Source: Octopus vulgaris (lineage: Eukaryota). Taken from it: 64,000 nucleotides of DNA. The notes below the pieces were generated by a model. That model ran no database searches. It had not been told where the DNA came from and saw nothing but the letters and a program-made list of their open reading frames with translations. Position 1 is the stretch's first letter. Each line of letters starts with the position of its first letter. The DNA lies in the NCBI GenBank assembly GCA_951406725.2, contig OX597814.1:46376001-46440000 (forward strand). Direction: 5' to 3'. The position numbers were made by a program, and so were the translations under genes. Shown in pieces: positions 12,969 to 23,825 of the stretch.

Positions 12969-15685
12969 GTGGTGTTATGAGCCAGGCCGTGTCAGAGGGA
13001 AGGACTGGAAGTGAGGGAGTACACAGGTTCCATTGGAAGTGGGGCCTGCAGGTCCCACTGGAAGGGCTGCAGTGGGCATGTGGGCTCAGCGTGGCACAAG
13101 CAGACAGTTTGCAGTTGACAGCATACAAGAATAGACCTATTGGATGATACAGTGGCAGACAGACCATGTGGACATTGTAAGTGACCCCTGACAGGCAAGA
13201 CCTCTGTAATTCTCCTTCTGCTTCTGTCTTTTCCTTCTTCACATTACAAGCTATTTCAGCTCATAAAAAAGAAAAAGATGGGTATAGTCCATATTTTGAA
13301 CAAGATGGTTAGGCCATTTTGTGGCAAGGGAGACACTGCTTGCTTGATAAAAATTAAGTTGGTGGCAAAACTCCAAGGTATAGATGAACTAGTGAGTTTT
13401 ATACCATTGTACCTTGATGGTTCAGCATTGGCGCTATACCTGGAAATGGGGGAGAAGGACCAGTTAAGCAAAGAAAAAATAGAAGTCCGGCTGATAGAGG
13501 CTTTTACAGAAGGGCCATTTATGGCATGTGGTCGACTGGGGAAAGCAAAGTGAACAGGTAAAGAGATTGATGTGTTTGCCAACAAAATCAGGAGATTAGC
13601 TAAACTTGCAGGATATGCAGACAAGGCACTGGAGCAAGCAGTCAGATTAGCATTTGTGACTGGATTCCCTGACCACATGTCTGTTGAACTGCAAAAGCAG
13701 CCAAATATTATTCACTCTATGGTGATGGGAGAAGTAATATCTTGGGCCAGAGTCTTCACTTCATGTTGCAGGATAACACCATTAGCAGCAACTGCAACAA
13801 CAAGAAGGCATTAAATAAAGAGTGGCAGAGAGGGATTGAACAAGGAACATGTGCGACCCTTCAAAGGACAGTGTTTTCAGTGTCAGGGTTCACACATGGT
13901 GAGAGATTGCAAGGAACCGAAGCCTGAAGTTATTTGCTATCGATGCAGACAAACAGGCAACATCACTAGTGAGGTTTAAGGGAGACTACTGTGCTGGCAG
14001 TCACCCTGTCAGATGAAGAGAGGTGCGTATACTGTTGTTACCAGTAGTGGACATCGTGGTGGAGGGAAAGGTATCACAAGCAGTGTAAGGGCTGTTGACA
14101 GCACGGATGTTGAATGTAGAGGACGTAGTGATATGGAGATTATGGTATGGGGAACGAAATTGAGGCTGCGTACGATAGTGATTGACCACATGGTGGACGA
14201 AATTGATGTGGTGATGGGGATAGATGCAATTGTCTGTTTGGGAAGTGTCACGGTCAATGAAGCCGGTGTGTAACATTCGGTGATGCAGGAGCGCTATGCA
14301 CTGTGAATCTGCAACAGGAGAGCTGCGACAGGTGAGCTGCAACAGGTGCCAGTTAATTGACATGCGCTCCGGGTGTGCATGAATCTGGAAGCATTCCAGT
14401 GGAACAAACTGGAGATGACTGGCAGTGGATGTGATGCGCTGCCAGCAGGAGACATATCTCTCGATGGTTGACTGCAGACCAAGGTGGTTGGCAATATGGA
14501 GGGAGATGAAGATGGGAACCATGGAGGAAATCACAAAAATACTAAATGAGATATTCCTAGAATGAGGCCCTGTGGATAAGCTGCTTGTGGACAATGGCAC
14601 TGCATTTCACTCAGAGGTGCTGAGGGAAATGCTCAACAAGTGGCATGTTAGCCACTTCTTCAGGGCAGCATACCGGCCAAGTGGCAACGGGGTTGTGGAG
14701 ATGCATCATCGCACCATAAGACCATGGCAGAGAGGGGCCACATCCCACCGATCAAGGCCATTTTTTGGTATAATCTGTCACCCAGGTCAGGAAAGACTGA
14801 GGAGTCAGTGCCATGCAGGGCAATATTCAAGTATGAGTGGAAAGATCCATGTACTGCATCGCTTCAACCTGCAGAAGAGAAAGTGCATGCCTTTATGCAG
14901 GCTGGGAAGGAGTTTGGGTTAAACCTCCAAATGCACAGTGCACATCACAATGGGGAAAGAGGACAATAACCTCTGTAAATTCGAGGAATAATGTGTCCAT
15001 AGATGGAATGCCCTATCATGTTTTGGATGTGCACAGGGTCATCAATGCATTGGAGGATGGAGCCAGCAGTAATGGACAAGAGGATGAAGCTGGCAGCCAC
15101 ATGCCAGGGACTGAGACTAGTCTTGAAGTCCCACAGTGATTGCAGAGGGAGCGGTGCCCTCCTCGCTGGTTGGCTGATTATGAGACAAGTTAAGGTGTGT
15201 GGTCAGGGTTGAGGAGTGGGAGTGGGCAGGTTGGTTGAATTGATCTTCAGATTAATGGGGGGGGGCATGTGGCATTATGAGCTAGGTTGTGTTGGAGGGA
15301 AGGACCGGAAGTGAAGGAGTATGCAGGTCCTGTCAGAAGTGGGGCCTATGCAGGTCCTGTCGGAAGCAGGTCCACTGGAAGGGCTGCGGTGGGCATGCAG
15401 GCTTAGTGAGGTATGAGCAAGCAGTTTGCAGTTGATAGCTTATGAGAGCAGACCTGTTGGACAGTACGGCAGCAGACAGACCACATGGACATTGTGAGTG
15501 ACCCCTTCCAGATAGACAGGTAAAACAGTTCTATATTTGAGAAATGAGGAATTATGTACATTATTTACATTTGACAGATATTTGTCTTCATCTTGTTTGT
15601 TCTTAACAAAACTCTCCAGCCTTCATCAGGTGTCTTGGGGAAATTTCAAACCTGGGTTCTCATTCCTAAGGTATTTTTCGATGTT

Positions 15686-15780
15686 ACCGGTTCTCGTCTG
15701 ATCACTGAAGTTAAGCAACATCGAGCCTAGTCAGTACTTAGATGGGTGACCACTTGGTAAATCTAGGTGCAGTAAGCATT
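15686..15780 (+). pseudogene. 5'-truncated 5S rRNA pseudogene fused to RTE
   Basis: ACCGGTTCTCGTCTGATCACTGAAGTTAAGCAACATCGAGCC...AGTACTTAGATGGGTGACC matches invertebrate 5S rRNA (internal A and C boxes) with CpG decay. Confidence 0.88.
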
Positions 15781-15789
15781 GCACATTGT

Positions 15790-17363
15790 TAGTCCTCCAG
15801 GCAATAACGGAGGAATTCAAGACAGGGTGCCCCTGGGAGCTCCTGTATGCTGATGACCTTGCTCTAATTGCTGAGTCACTATCATAACTGGAGAAGTTTC
15901 AGGTGTGGAAGCAAGGATTAGAATCGAAGGGCCTTAAAGTCAACCTAGCTAAAACCAAAGTCCTAATAAGTAGGAAGGTAGACAAGTCACAAACGCCTTC
16001 AGGTAGATGGCCTTGCTCGATCTGTAGGAAAGGCGTAGGTAGAAACTCTATAAGATGCACCAAGTGTAAGCTATGGACATATAAGAGGTGCAGCAACGTC
16101 AAGGGAAGGCTAACTAGGAAGATAGTTTTTGTATGTGGCAGATGCTCAGGAGCAATAAACACTGAAAATGCACAGAGAGCAACTTCCGCCACATTCCAGG
16201 GAGAAAAGCTTCCGTTACCTAGGTGACCAAGTCAGTAGTGGGGGCTGATGTGTTGAAAGTGTAACTGCTAGAGTAAGAATAGCTTGGGCAAAGTTCAGAG
16301 AGCTCTTACCTCTGCTAGGGACAAAAGGCCTCTCGCTCAGAGTAAAAGGCAGACTGTATGATGCATGTGTACGAACAGCCATGCTACATGGCAGTGAAAC
16401 ATGGGCCGTGACTGCTGAGGATATGCGTAAGCTCGCAAGAAATAAAGCCAGTATGCTCCGATGGATGTGTAATGTCAGTGTTCATACTCGACATAGTGTA
16501 AGTACCTTGAGAGAGATGTTGGACCTAAGAAGCATCAGTTGCGGTGTGCAAGAGAGATGTTTGCGCTGGTATGGCTATGTGGCGAGAATGGATGAAGATA
16601 GTTGTGTGCAAAAGTGCCACACCCTAGCTGTTGAGGGAACCTATGGAAGAGGCAGACACAGGAAAACCTGGGATGAGGTGTTGAAGCACGACCTTTGAAC
16701 TTTAGGTCTCACAGCGGAAATGACTAGAGACCGAGACCTTTGGAAGTATGCTGTGCGTGAGAAGACCTGGCAGGACAAGTGAGACCATGCCTCAGTCCAC
16801 TTATGCATACCTTTCCTTCTTGGGACACAAAACTGTACTTGTGAAGACCTGTTGAGGCAAGTGAAAATCAAAATCAAAATCAAAATCAAAAATCAAAATT
16901 GATCAACATGAATGGAAATTGTAGCTGTAATACCAGTGCCGGTGGCACATAAGAGAACCATCCGAACGTGGCTGTTGCCAGCGCCGCCCCGACTGGCTTC
17001 CATGCTGGTGGCACGCAAAAAGCACCATCCGATCATGGCTGTTGCCAGCCTCGCCTGGCCTCCGTGCAAGTGGTACGTAAAAAGCACCATCCGATCGTGG
17101 CCATTTTGCCAGCCTCGCCTGGCCTCGGTGCCAGTGGCACGTAAAAAGCACCATCCGATCGTGGCCGTTTGCCAGCCTCGTCTGGCACCTGTGCCAGTGG
17201 CACATAAAAAGCACCCACTACACTCATGGAGTGGTTGGCATTAGGAAGGGCATCCAGCCATAGAAACATTGCCAGATCAGACTGGGCCTGGTGCAGCCTT
17301 CTGGCTTCCCAGACCCCAGTTGCACCGTCCAACCCATGCCAGCATGGAAAGCGGACGCTAAAC

Positions 17364-17394
<31 letters not shown>
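15790..17394 (+). mobile_element. 5'-truncated RTE (BovB-like) LINE
   Basis: CPWELLYADD, GLKVNLAKTK, Cys-rich WPCSICRKGVGRNSIRCTKC, MLHGSETW, LRWYGYVARM, RGRHRKTW. 3' UTR with ~50-bp tandem units (GTGGCACGTAAAAAGCACCATCCGATCGTGGCC) and a (GAT)n tail. Confidence 0.93.
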
Positions 17395-17397
<3 letters not shown>

Positions 17398-17624
17398 ATT
17401 ATTATTCAAGTCACTGCCTGGAACTGAACTCAGAACCTTGGGGTTTGTAGCCCGTGCTTTTAACCACTATGCCATAAGACCATGGGTATATGGCATAGTG
17501 ATTAAGCGCACAGGCCACTAACCCCAAGATTCCGAGTTCGGTTCCAGGCAATGACCTGAATAATAATAATAATAACATCGTAAAATACCTTAGGAATGAG
17601 AACCCAGGTTTGAAATTTCCCCAA

Positions 17625-17670
17625 GACACCTGATGAAGGCTGGGGAGTATATCAGCCAAAACGTTTTGTT
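17625..17670 (+). ncRNA. degenerate type I hammerhead ribozyme in SINE tail
   Basis: GACAC-CTGATGA-a-GGCTG(10 nt)CAGCC-aAAAC-GTT-tTGTT: exact CUGAUGA, 5-bp stem II, GAAAC mutated to AAAAC at a CpG. Confidence 0.65.
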
Positions 17671-17786
17671 AACAACAAACAAGATCAGGACAAATATCCA
17701 TCAAGTATAAATAATGTAAATAATGTAGACAGGTAAGACCTCTGTAATTCTCCCTCTGCTTAAGTCTTTTCCTCCTTCACACAAAA

Positions 17787-18231
17787 CGTGAAGCTCATTT
17801 TTACAAAAGATAAGTGAGGTGAGATGTATGAAGCCTAGACTATTATTGGTAATTAGCTTATAACTCTTAGTTGGTTGAAAGGCAAAGTTGTCCATTGCTG
17901 AATTAAAATTCAGAACACAGAAGGATAAAATTAAATTTTGCAAGCCTGTTTTTACTATTACTGTCAGTTCAATACAGCCATGCATTGTGAATAATAATTG
18001 ATTTCTAATAGTGTCATAAGGCTTAGAAGAGAGAAGTATAATCAATTGAACTGATTCTAGTATATGCCTGGTATTTAACTGATTCATGAAAGATAAGAAG
18101 CAAATCAACTACAGCTGGGCTTCAACTCAAAACACAAGGGAATAAATACAATACTGTAAGGAATTTATCTAGTCTAGAATTCAACCATCTCTCCCGTTCA
18201 ACTGACTTAGATCTTTGATATTAACATTTCT
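17787..18231 (+). repeat. ~445-bp direct repeat, copy 2 (right of Gypsy element)
   Basis: Colinear with 12521-12968. Confidence 0.9.
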
Positions 18232-19499
18232 TTATCAATTTTGGTTCTAAATAGATTGCTTTTTGGCATTGTGTTGTTTACTTATGCAAGGCACATTATT
18301 CTATTTATCTCAGTCAATCTAACAGAACGAAAAGAAAGAAAAGAAAAATAACTGGGAACACTACAATTTCCTGGCTCACTTGCAGCAATTCATTCTTGAA
18401 ATTATATTCAGCTTTATAAAAAATATATCTGCTCCAACAATTCCTGTAACATCCAAATTTCAAGAGCCATACTATGAAAAAACAGATTTAGAAATGTCAA
18501 ACATGAATAAATAATAACTAAAAAAAAAGGATGATAAACAAGGAAAGAAAGTAAAACTGACCATCTTAGAATCAATACTGATGTTTGTAAAGTGCTTTTA
18601 CATTTCCTGAAATATGAAACAGATTGTGAGGAACATTGTTTGAAGAACTAGGTTTTGAATATAGGTATCTTAAAGAACTGATACAATAGTTGTATATGAA
18701 ACCAGAATGTTTAAAAAAATAATAGGGAATATGTGTGTGATAATAATAAACCAAAAAAAATCTAAATTTTACACTTATTGATATTACCCTTTACAATATA
18801 ATGAAATAATTCCTTCCATTAAAAAAGTAAATTCTTTTACCATCTGTTGATAAACACTAGTAGTTCAGTATTCCAGTAAGCAACACTTATTCGGTTGTGT
18901 TTATTCAGTTCTAATAAGCAGCTAAAATAAGTTGACAAAGAAAAGCATTGTAAGCTAGGTTTTCCTAAATTATATAAGTTGCTGCTTGATAAAAACAGTG
19001 AGATAAAAAAGAAACAGATCATTTTGAAATTATTTATAGAAACTGTAACAAAGCGCCAATGTAATATATTTTAATTTGGTTTATTTCATTAAATGTTTTC
19101 TATCTTGGTGTTGAAGGAATTTATCCAAGAAAGAACAAGGAGGGAAGTGACTAATGTCTATGTTGCAAATTTTAGGGAGAGTTTCCACATGTCCTCAAAG
19201 AAGGAGTTGGCAAGAAATATGACTAATGTGTGGCAGGAGGTTTGTGCCATTTCAACCACAGCAGGGCACATGGAAGCCTAGGGGTTTAAGATTGATAATG
19301 AGGTGAGAAATCAAGCAGAGCCACTACATCACCTACCTGTCCATATACTGGTGTCATAATACATAGGAAAAAAGACCACAGCTGGAGATATTATATTGGT
19401 GTTAACTCAGGGCTTGTCTTATTTTTGCATTTCATTTTTACTTGTAGTATCTGGACGAAGGAGTAGTGCCCATAGTTATCACAGACCCTCCAAGAATTA

Positions 19500-20530
19500 A
19501 TACCATTAATGTTCCTCTTAAACATTTACAAGTTAGTACCCAGAGGAAAAATATGAGAAGAGAGGGAATAACAGAGGGTTGAGGTTATGGGAAGAAAAGA
19601 CTAGGCATAAGGATTAGTGCAGGGCTTGAATGTGTTAGACATTACAAGAGTGATGAGAGGAGGTGGAACAAGTGGGACAGGAATGTCTGAGTGGAAGTTG
19701 TATGAACCTAGCTAGGTCCGAGGAACATAAGCCATTGTAGTAGCCTTAGAAAAAGCTACAGCAATGCTGAAAAGGCAGAGAAGAGAAGAGATAATGTGCT
19801 TGTAGACCAGAAACTAAAGTGTATTTCTGAGAGATGATGACAATTAATTAAGTGACTGTTTTCTGGATGCAGTCTTAGATGCTTGTGTATTTAGTTGTAG
19901 TACCATTCCAGATGTGAGAATAGCTACTCTATTGTGGACCTCAGCTTTAAAGAAAATAAAACTAACCATTTCGATAATTGTTGGGGAGTTGAAGTATTTT
20001 CTGTCTCTGAAGTGATGGGCAAATTGTTGGGATCCAGTCATAGTTACATTAAGGATGTGCTTTTACCAGGTGGGATCCTAGGCAATAGTGAGGCAGTTCA
20101 ACATTTGAAGCAATTGCAAGGGCTTTGGCTGCATACTGCTCAAGATTAAGATGGGTACAATGTAATATTTTTTATATATCTGAACAGTGCTTGTGTTTTC
20201 TTACTGTTGACAGAAAAAGATCAGTATATTGCAAATGGAGGATGCTTTTGAAGTTTCTATTCTTGGAGTTTATGTGCATTTGGTATGTGGCGTCTAGGTT
20301 GTGTGTGGGTGATGCATGGTTTGGAAGATTAGTAGTTTCATCTGCATAGGAATACATAGGTATTGTGGGACATAACATCAAATAAGTCAATGATGCATAG
20401 AAGAAAGAAACTTAGGGACAAAAACTAAACCCTTGAACACATTGGATATAATGTGGGATAGAAAGAGCTCCATCAACATGTACTGTGATACTGCAATCTG
20501 ATAAGATGTTATAAATGCAACAGATGACAT
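19500..20530 (-). mobile_element. highly degraded LINE ORF2 (Jockey/CR1 group)
   Basis: Minus-strand remnants ITVHVDGALS, MYSYADET (YADD-like) and GYYNGLCSS. Confidence 0.55.
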
Positions 20531-20625
20531 GGCTTAATTTGATTCAACATGGAAAAACTCACCTGGTCTGGACATCGTACACACACACACTTTTATATTT
20601 ATACATATATATAAATACAAATATA

Positions 20626-20663
<38 letters not shown>

Positions 20664-20936
20664 TATTAGGAAAGTTATTTCCGAATCCACAGGGAAGAGA
20701 AGTTCAATTTAATGGTACTAAAATGAATTACTCACTGTATTATATACATATAAATAGGTTTAAGAGACAGAATCACCCTCAAGCAACTCAATCATCATTG
20801 AATGACATTATCCACAATATGTACATATAGGACTAAATATTAAAAAATTATCAAAATTAATACCTACAATTCTTATTCTAAATTATCAAAATTAATACCT
20901 TCAATTCTTATTACAAATCATATACTTTACATTATC

Positions 20937-21041
20937 TAGACTACATGCATTTCATGACAACATTTTCCTCGATATTGCTGAAATAGAATGTCTCTATACA
21001 ATACTATATTAAAACGATTATATTGCCAATCTTCAGGTCTA
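20937..21041 (-). ncRNA. hammerhead ribozyme-like motif with long stem II
   Basis: Reverse complement reads TAGAC-CTGAAGA-tTGGCAATAT...ATGTTGTCAt-GAAAT-GCAT-GTA-GTCTA: 5-bp stem I, ~9-bp stem II, GUA cleavage triplet. Confidence 0.65.
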
Positions 21042-21394
21042 TCTAATATGAACTTATTTTGCTATTTACATCATATATTAATACATGACAAACTAAAATT
21101 ATATAACTAGAAGTTGTTGGAATAATTTTACTTTAGTAAATATGTATGCATAATATATAATATATATATATCATAAAAATATGTTAGTGTTATTTAATTT
21201 CTGAACAGTTTTGCTGCCATTTGCTAATGTAGTTTGATTTTTTTATCCATCAGTTTCTACTAAGACAGAGACACAAGTAAAATTAATTATAGAGAAATGA
21301 AAATAAAACTTTGGAAGCACCTTAAAGGGAGATAATTGAGAAAGACTTGAAAGTCAACTTAAGATTGTAATAATGCAAAGTAAATATAACAAAT

Positions 21395-21590
21395 AATCCA
21401 GAATCCTTTTCCGGTACCAGATTAATCCCAAAATCTAATCAGTTCATGCCAGTCACAAGGCCAAACATCCCTGAATGTTTCATCCAAATATATCAAGCGG
21501 TTCCTGAGATATCTTGTCCATGGACAAACAAACAAATAAACAAGCACAACTGAAAACAATACCTCTATCTTCGTTAAGGCAGAGGTAATC
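21395..21590 (+). mobile_element. Helentron-associated (HINE/DINE-1-like) non-autonomous element 3' part
   Basis: TTTCATCCAAA...AAGCGGTTCCTGAGATATC, (CAAA)n microsatellite and terminal hairpin ACCTCTATCTT-CGTT-AAGGCAGAGGT. Confidence 0.55.
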
Positions 21591-21712
21591 ATAAGAAAAC
21601 CATGGACAGTATCTCCCAAGACTAAACAGAAAGGAAGTAAGCTGAAATGAAAGCCAACACTGGCTCAAAATCTCTGGACTAAAAGCAGAGACAGATAAGG
21701 GCCTGATTTTAC
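21591..21712 (+). mobile_element. Dong/R4 LINE fragment
   Basis: HGQY...HWLKISGLKAET. An inverted homologous piece lies at ~24560-24660. Confidence 0.6.
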
Positions 21713-22273
21713 ATACATACATGAATATACATATGTATGCATGTTTGTATGTATGTGGGGCTCTGGTATGGGAGTTTGGGTGTTTTGAGGAGTGTAAAAT
21801 CACCTTTTATCCACTATTTTCCCTAGGTCTACTCTGATGCAAACTAGTAGCACCTGTTAGGGTCACAGCAATAGGTTAACTAGCATGTGGACCACTGGAA
21901 GTGAAGAACCCATAGTTCTCACTTAAACTTTCTTCTAGGATAAGGGAAACTTGTTTTAAAAAACCTGAAGTGCAGTCAGTTTCTGGTTGTCTCAAGCTCT
22001 GTTGTGCTACTGGTGTTATGGCTGATTGTACTGAAAAGTGGGTTCAGTACTGTACAACACTTTATCTACTCAAAACCAATTCCTGCACAGGAACTTCTTG
22101 GACACTCAAATCATTTGCAAGGGCTTACTGAGTTTAGGAAGTGGTTTTTACCAGGTCACAAGTTGGCTTCCACCTTGTATATATATATATTGAGTCTGTA
22201 GTGATGTACAGATTTTATTTAAAAAAAAAGAAAAAAATAGTCTGAAGCTGGAAATATATATTTTTATTACTCG

Positions 22274-22680
22274 GGTGCAGGAATGACTGTGGTATGAAGC
22301 TTGCTTCCCAACCACATGGTTCTGGGTCCAGTCTCACAGCATGGCATCTTGGGCAAGTGTCTTCTACTATAGCTTTGGGCCGACCAAAACCTTGTGAGTG
22401 GATTTGGTAGACTGAAACTGAAAGACACCCATTATATATATATATGTGTGTGTGTGTATATATATGTATGTGTCTGTATTTGTCCCTCCCACCATCACTT
22501 GACAACCAATGTTGATGTGCTTACATCCCCATCATTTAGTGGCTTGGCAAAAGAGACTGATAGAATAAGTACTAGGCTTACAAAGAATAAGTCCTGAGGT
22601 CGATTTGTTTGACTAAAGGTGGTGCTCCAGCATGGAGGTAGTTAAATGACTGAAACAAGTAAAAGAATAAAAAAAGAATA
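22274..22680 (+). mobile_element. tRNA-CORE SINE (CpG-decayed copy)
   Basis: Colinear with the SINE at 38139-38470. Confidence 0.85.
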
Positions 22681-22810
22681 ATTTTTATCTGGGATTCTTG
22701 CAGCATTCTTTGTTGGTATGAGTATGCTCTAAATTCTCCATTTGTAGCAAGTCCTGTGAAATATCTTTCTCTTTCCCAGCCTTTTATATTCATGTTAGTT
22801 CATGCGAGAT

Positions 22811-23825
22811 CATCATCATCATCATTGTCGTTTAATGTCCACTTTCCATCCTGGCATAAGTTTGATAGTTTGACTGAGAACTGGTAAGCCAGGAGGCTGC
22901 ACCAGGCCCCAATCTGCTTTGGCAAGGTTTCTACAGCTGGATGCCTTTCCTAACACCAACCACTCCAAGTGTGTGGTGGGTGCTTTTTATGTGCCACTGG
23001 TACAGGTGCCAGTCAGGCAGCACTGACATCAACCACACTTGGATGTTGATTTTTATGTGCCACCAGCACAGGTGCCAGTCAGATGGCACTAGCATCATCC
23101 ACACTTGAATGGTACTTTTTATGAATGGTACTTTTTATGACATTGGCCACATTCGAATGGTACTTTTTACATGACACCGGCACTGGCATTGGCAATGACA
23201 TTGATTTTACTTGGTTCAACAGGTCTTCACAAGCACAGCCTATCACCCAATGATTGGAGGGTACTTTTAAATGGGCCAGTTATGCAACACTGGCATCAGC
23301 CACGACTATGACCTCACTTGGCTTGCCAGGTTTTCTCAAGCACAGCATATCTCCAAAGGTTACGCTCACTAGTCATTCCCTCTGTGAGGCCCAATGTTTG
23401 AAGGTCATGCTTCACCACCTCATCCCATGTCTTTCTGGGTCTACCTCTTTGACAGGTTCCCTCTACCATTAGGGTGTGACACTTCTTCACACAGCTGTCT
23501 TCATCCATAAAGATCATATGGCCATACCAGTGCAGTCGTCTCTCTTGCACACCACATCTGATGCTTCTTATGTCCAACTTTTCTCTCAGGATGCTTACAC
23601 TCTGTTATGCATGTGGACTGACATTACACATCCAACAGAGTATACTAGCTTAATTTCTTTCAAGCCTACACATGTCCTCAACAGTCACAGACCATGTTTC
23701 ACTGCTGTGTAGCATTGCTGTTCACACACAGGCATCATACAGTCTGCCATTCACTCTGAGTGAGAGGCCCTTCGGTAGGAGCTCTCTGAACTTTACCCAG
23801 CCTATTCTTATTCTAGCAGCTATGC
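22811..23825 (-). mobile_element. 5'-truncated RTE LINE
   Basis: ORF 23314-23577 (RLHWYGHM...RGRPRKTWDEVV), tandem 3' UTR units and (CAT)n tail. Confidence 0.88.

Larger units (their letters stand above)
15524..17725. mobile_element. head-to-head pair of tRNA-headed hammerhead-tailed SINEs (left copy split by a 5S-RTE insertion)
   Basis: 11-bp TSD TAGACAGGTAA (15513-15523 and 17726-17736). 15545-15685 is the inverted copy of 17575-17725, and the tRNA-like heads at ~17405-17478 (-) and ~17490-17560 (+) are inverted copies. Confidence 0.8.
12968..17787 (+). mobile_element. Ty3/Gypsy-type LTR retrotransposon, internally deleted (no RT/RNase H), 3' LTR interrupted
   Basis: 5' LTR 12968-~13248 (TG...CA). 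Gag fragment (LYLDGSALALYLEM) with Zn knuckles (CFQCQGSHMVRDC, CYRC), protease-like piece 14013-14273, integrase core (LLVDNGTAFHSE, YRPSGNGVVEMHHRTI). G-rich PPT 15254-15267. 3' LTR 15268-15523 plus 17726-~17787. Confidence 0.88.

Noticed and set aside
15686-15780. Functional 5S rRNA gene
   Set aside because: Lacks roughly the first 25 nt, shows CpG decay, and is fused to an RTE.
16930-17215. CRISPR-like regularly spaced repeats (GTGGCACGTAAAAAGCACC)
   Set aside because: The spacers are homologous to each other; this is a minisatellite in the RTE 3' UTR, with eukaryotic context and no cas genes.
17490-17560. Functional tRNA gene (also 37145-37225)
   Set aside because: Acceptor stem does not pair, copies are divergent, and it is linked to a SINE body.
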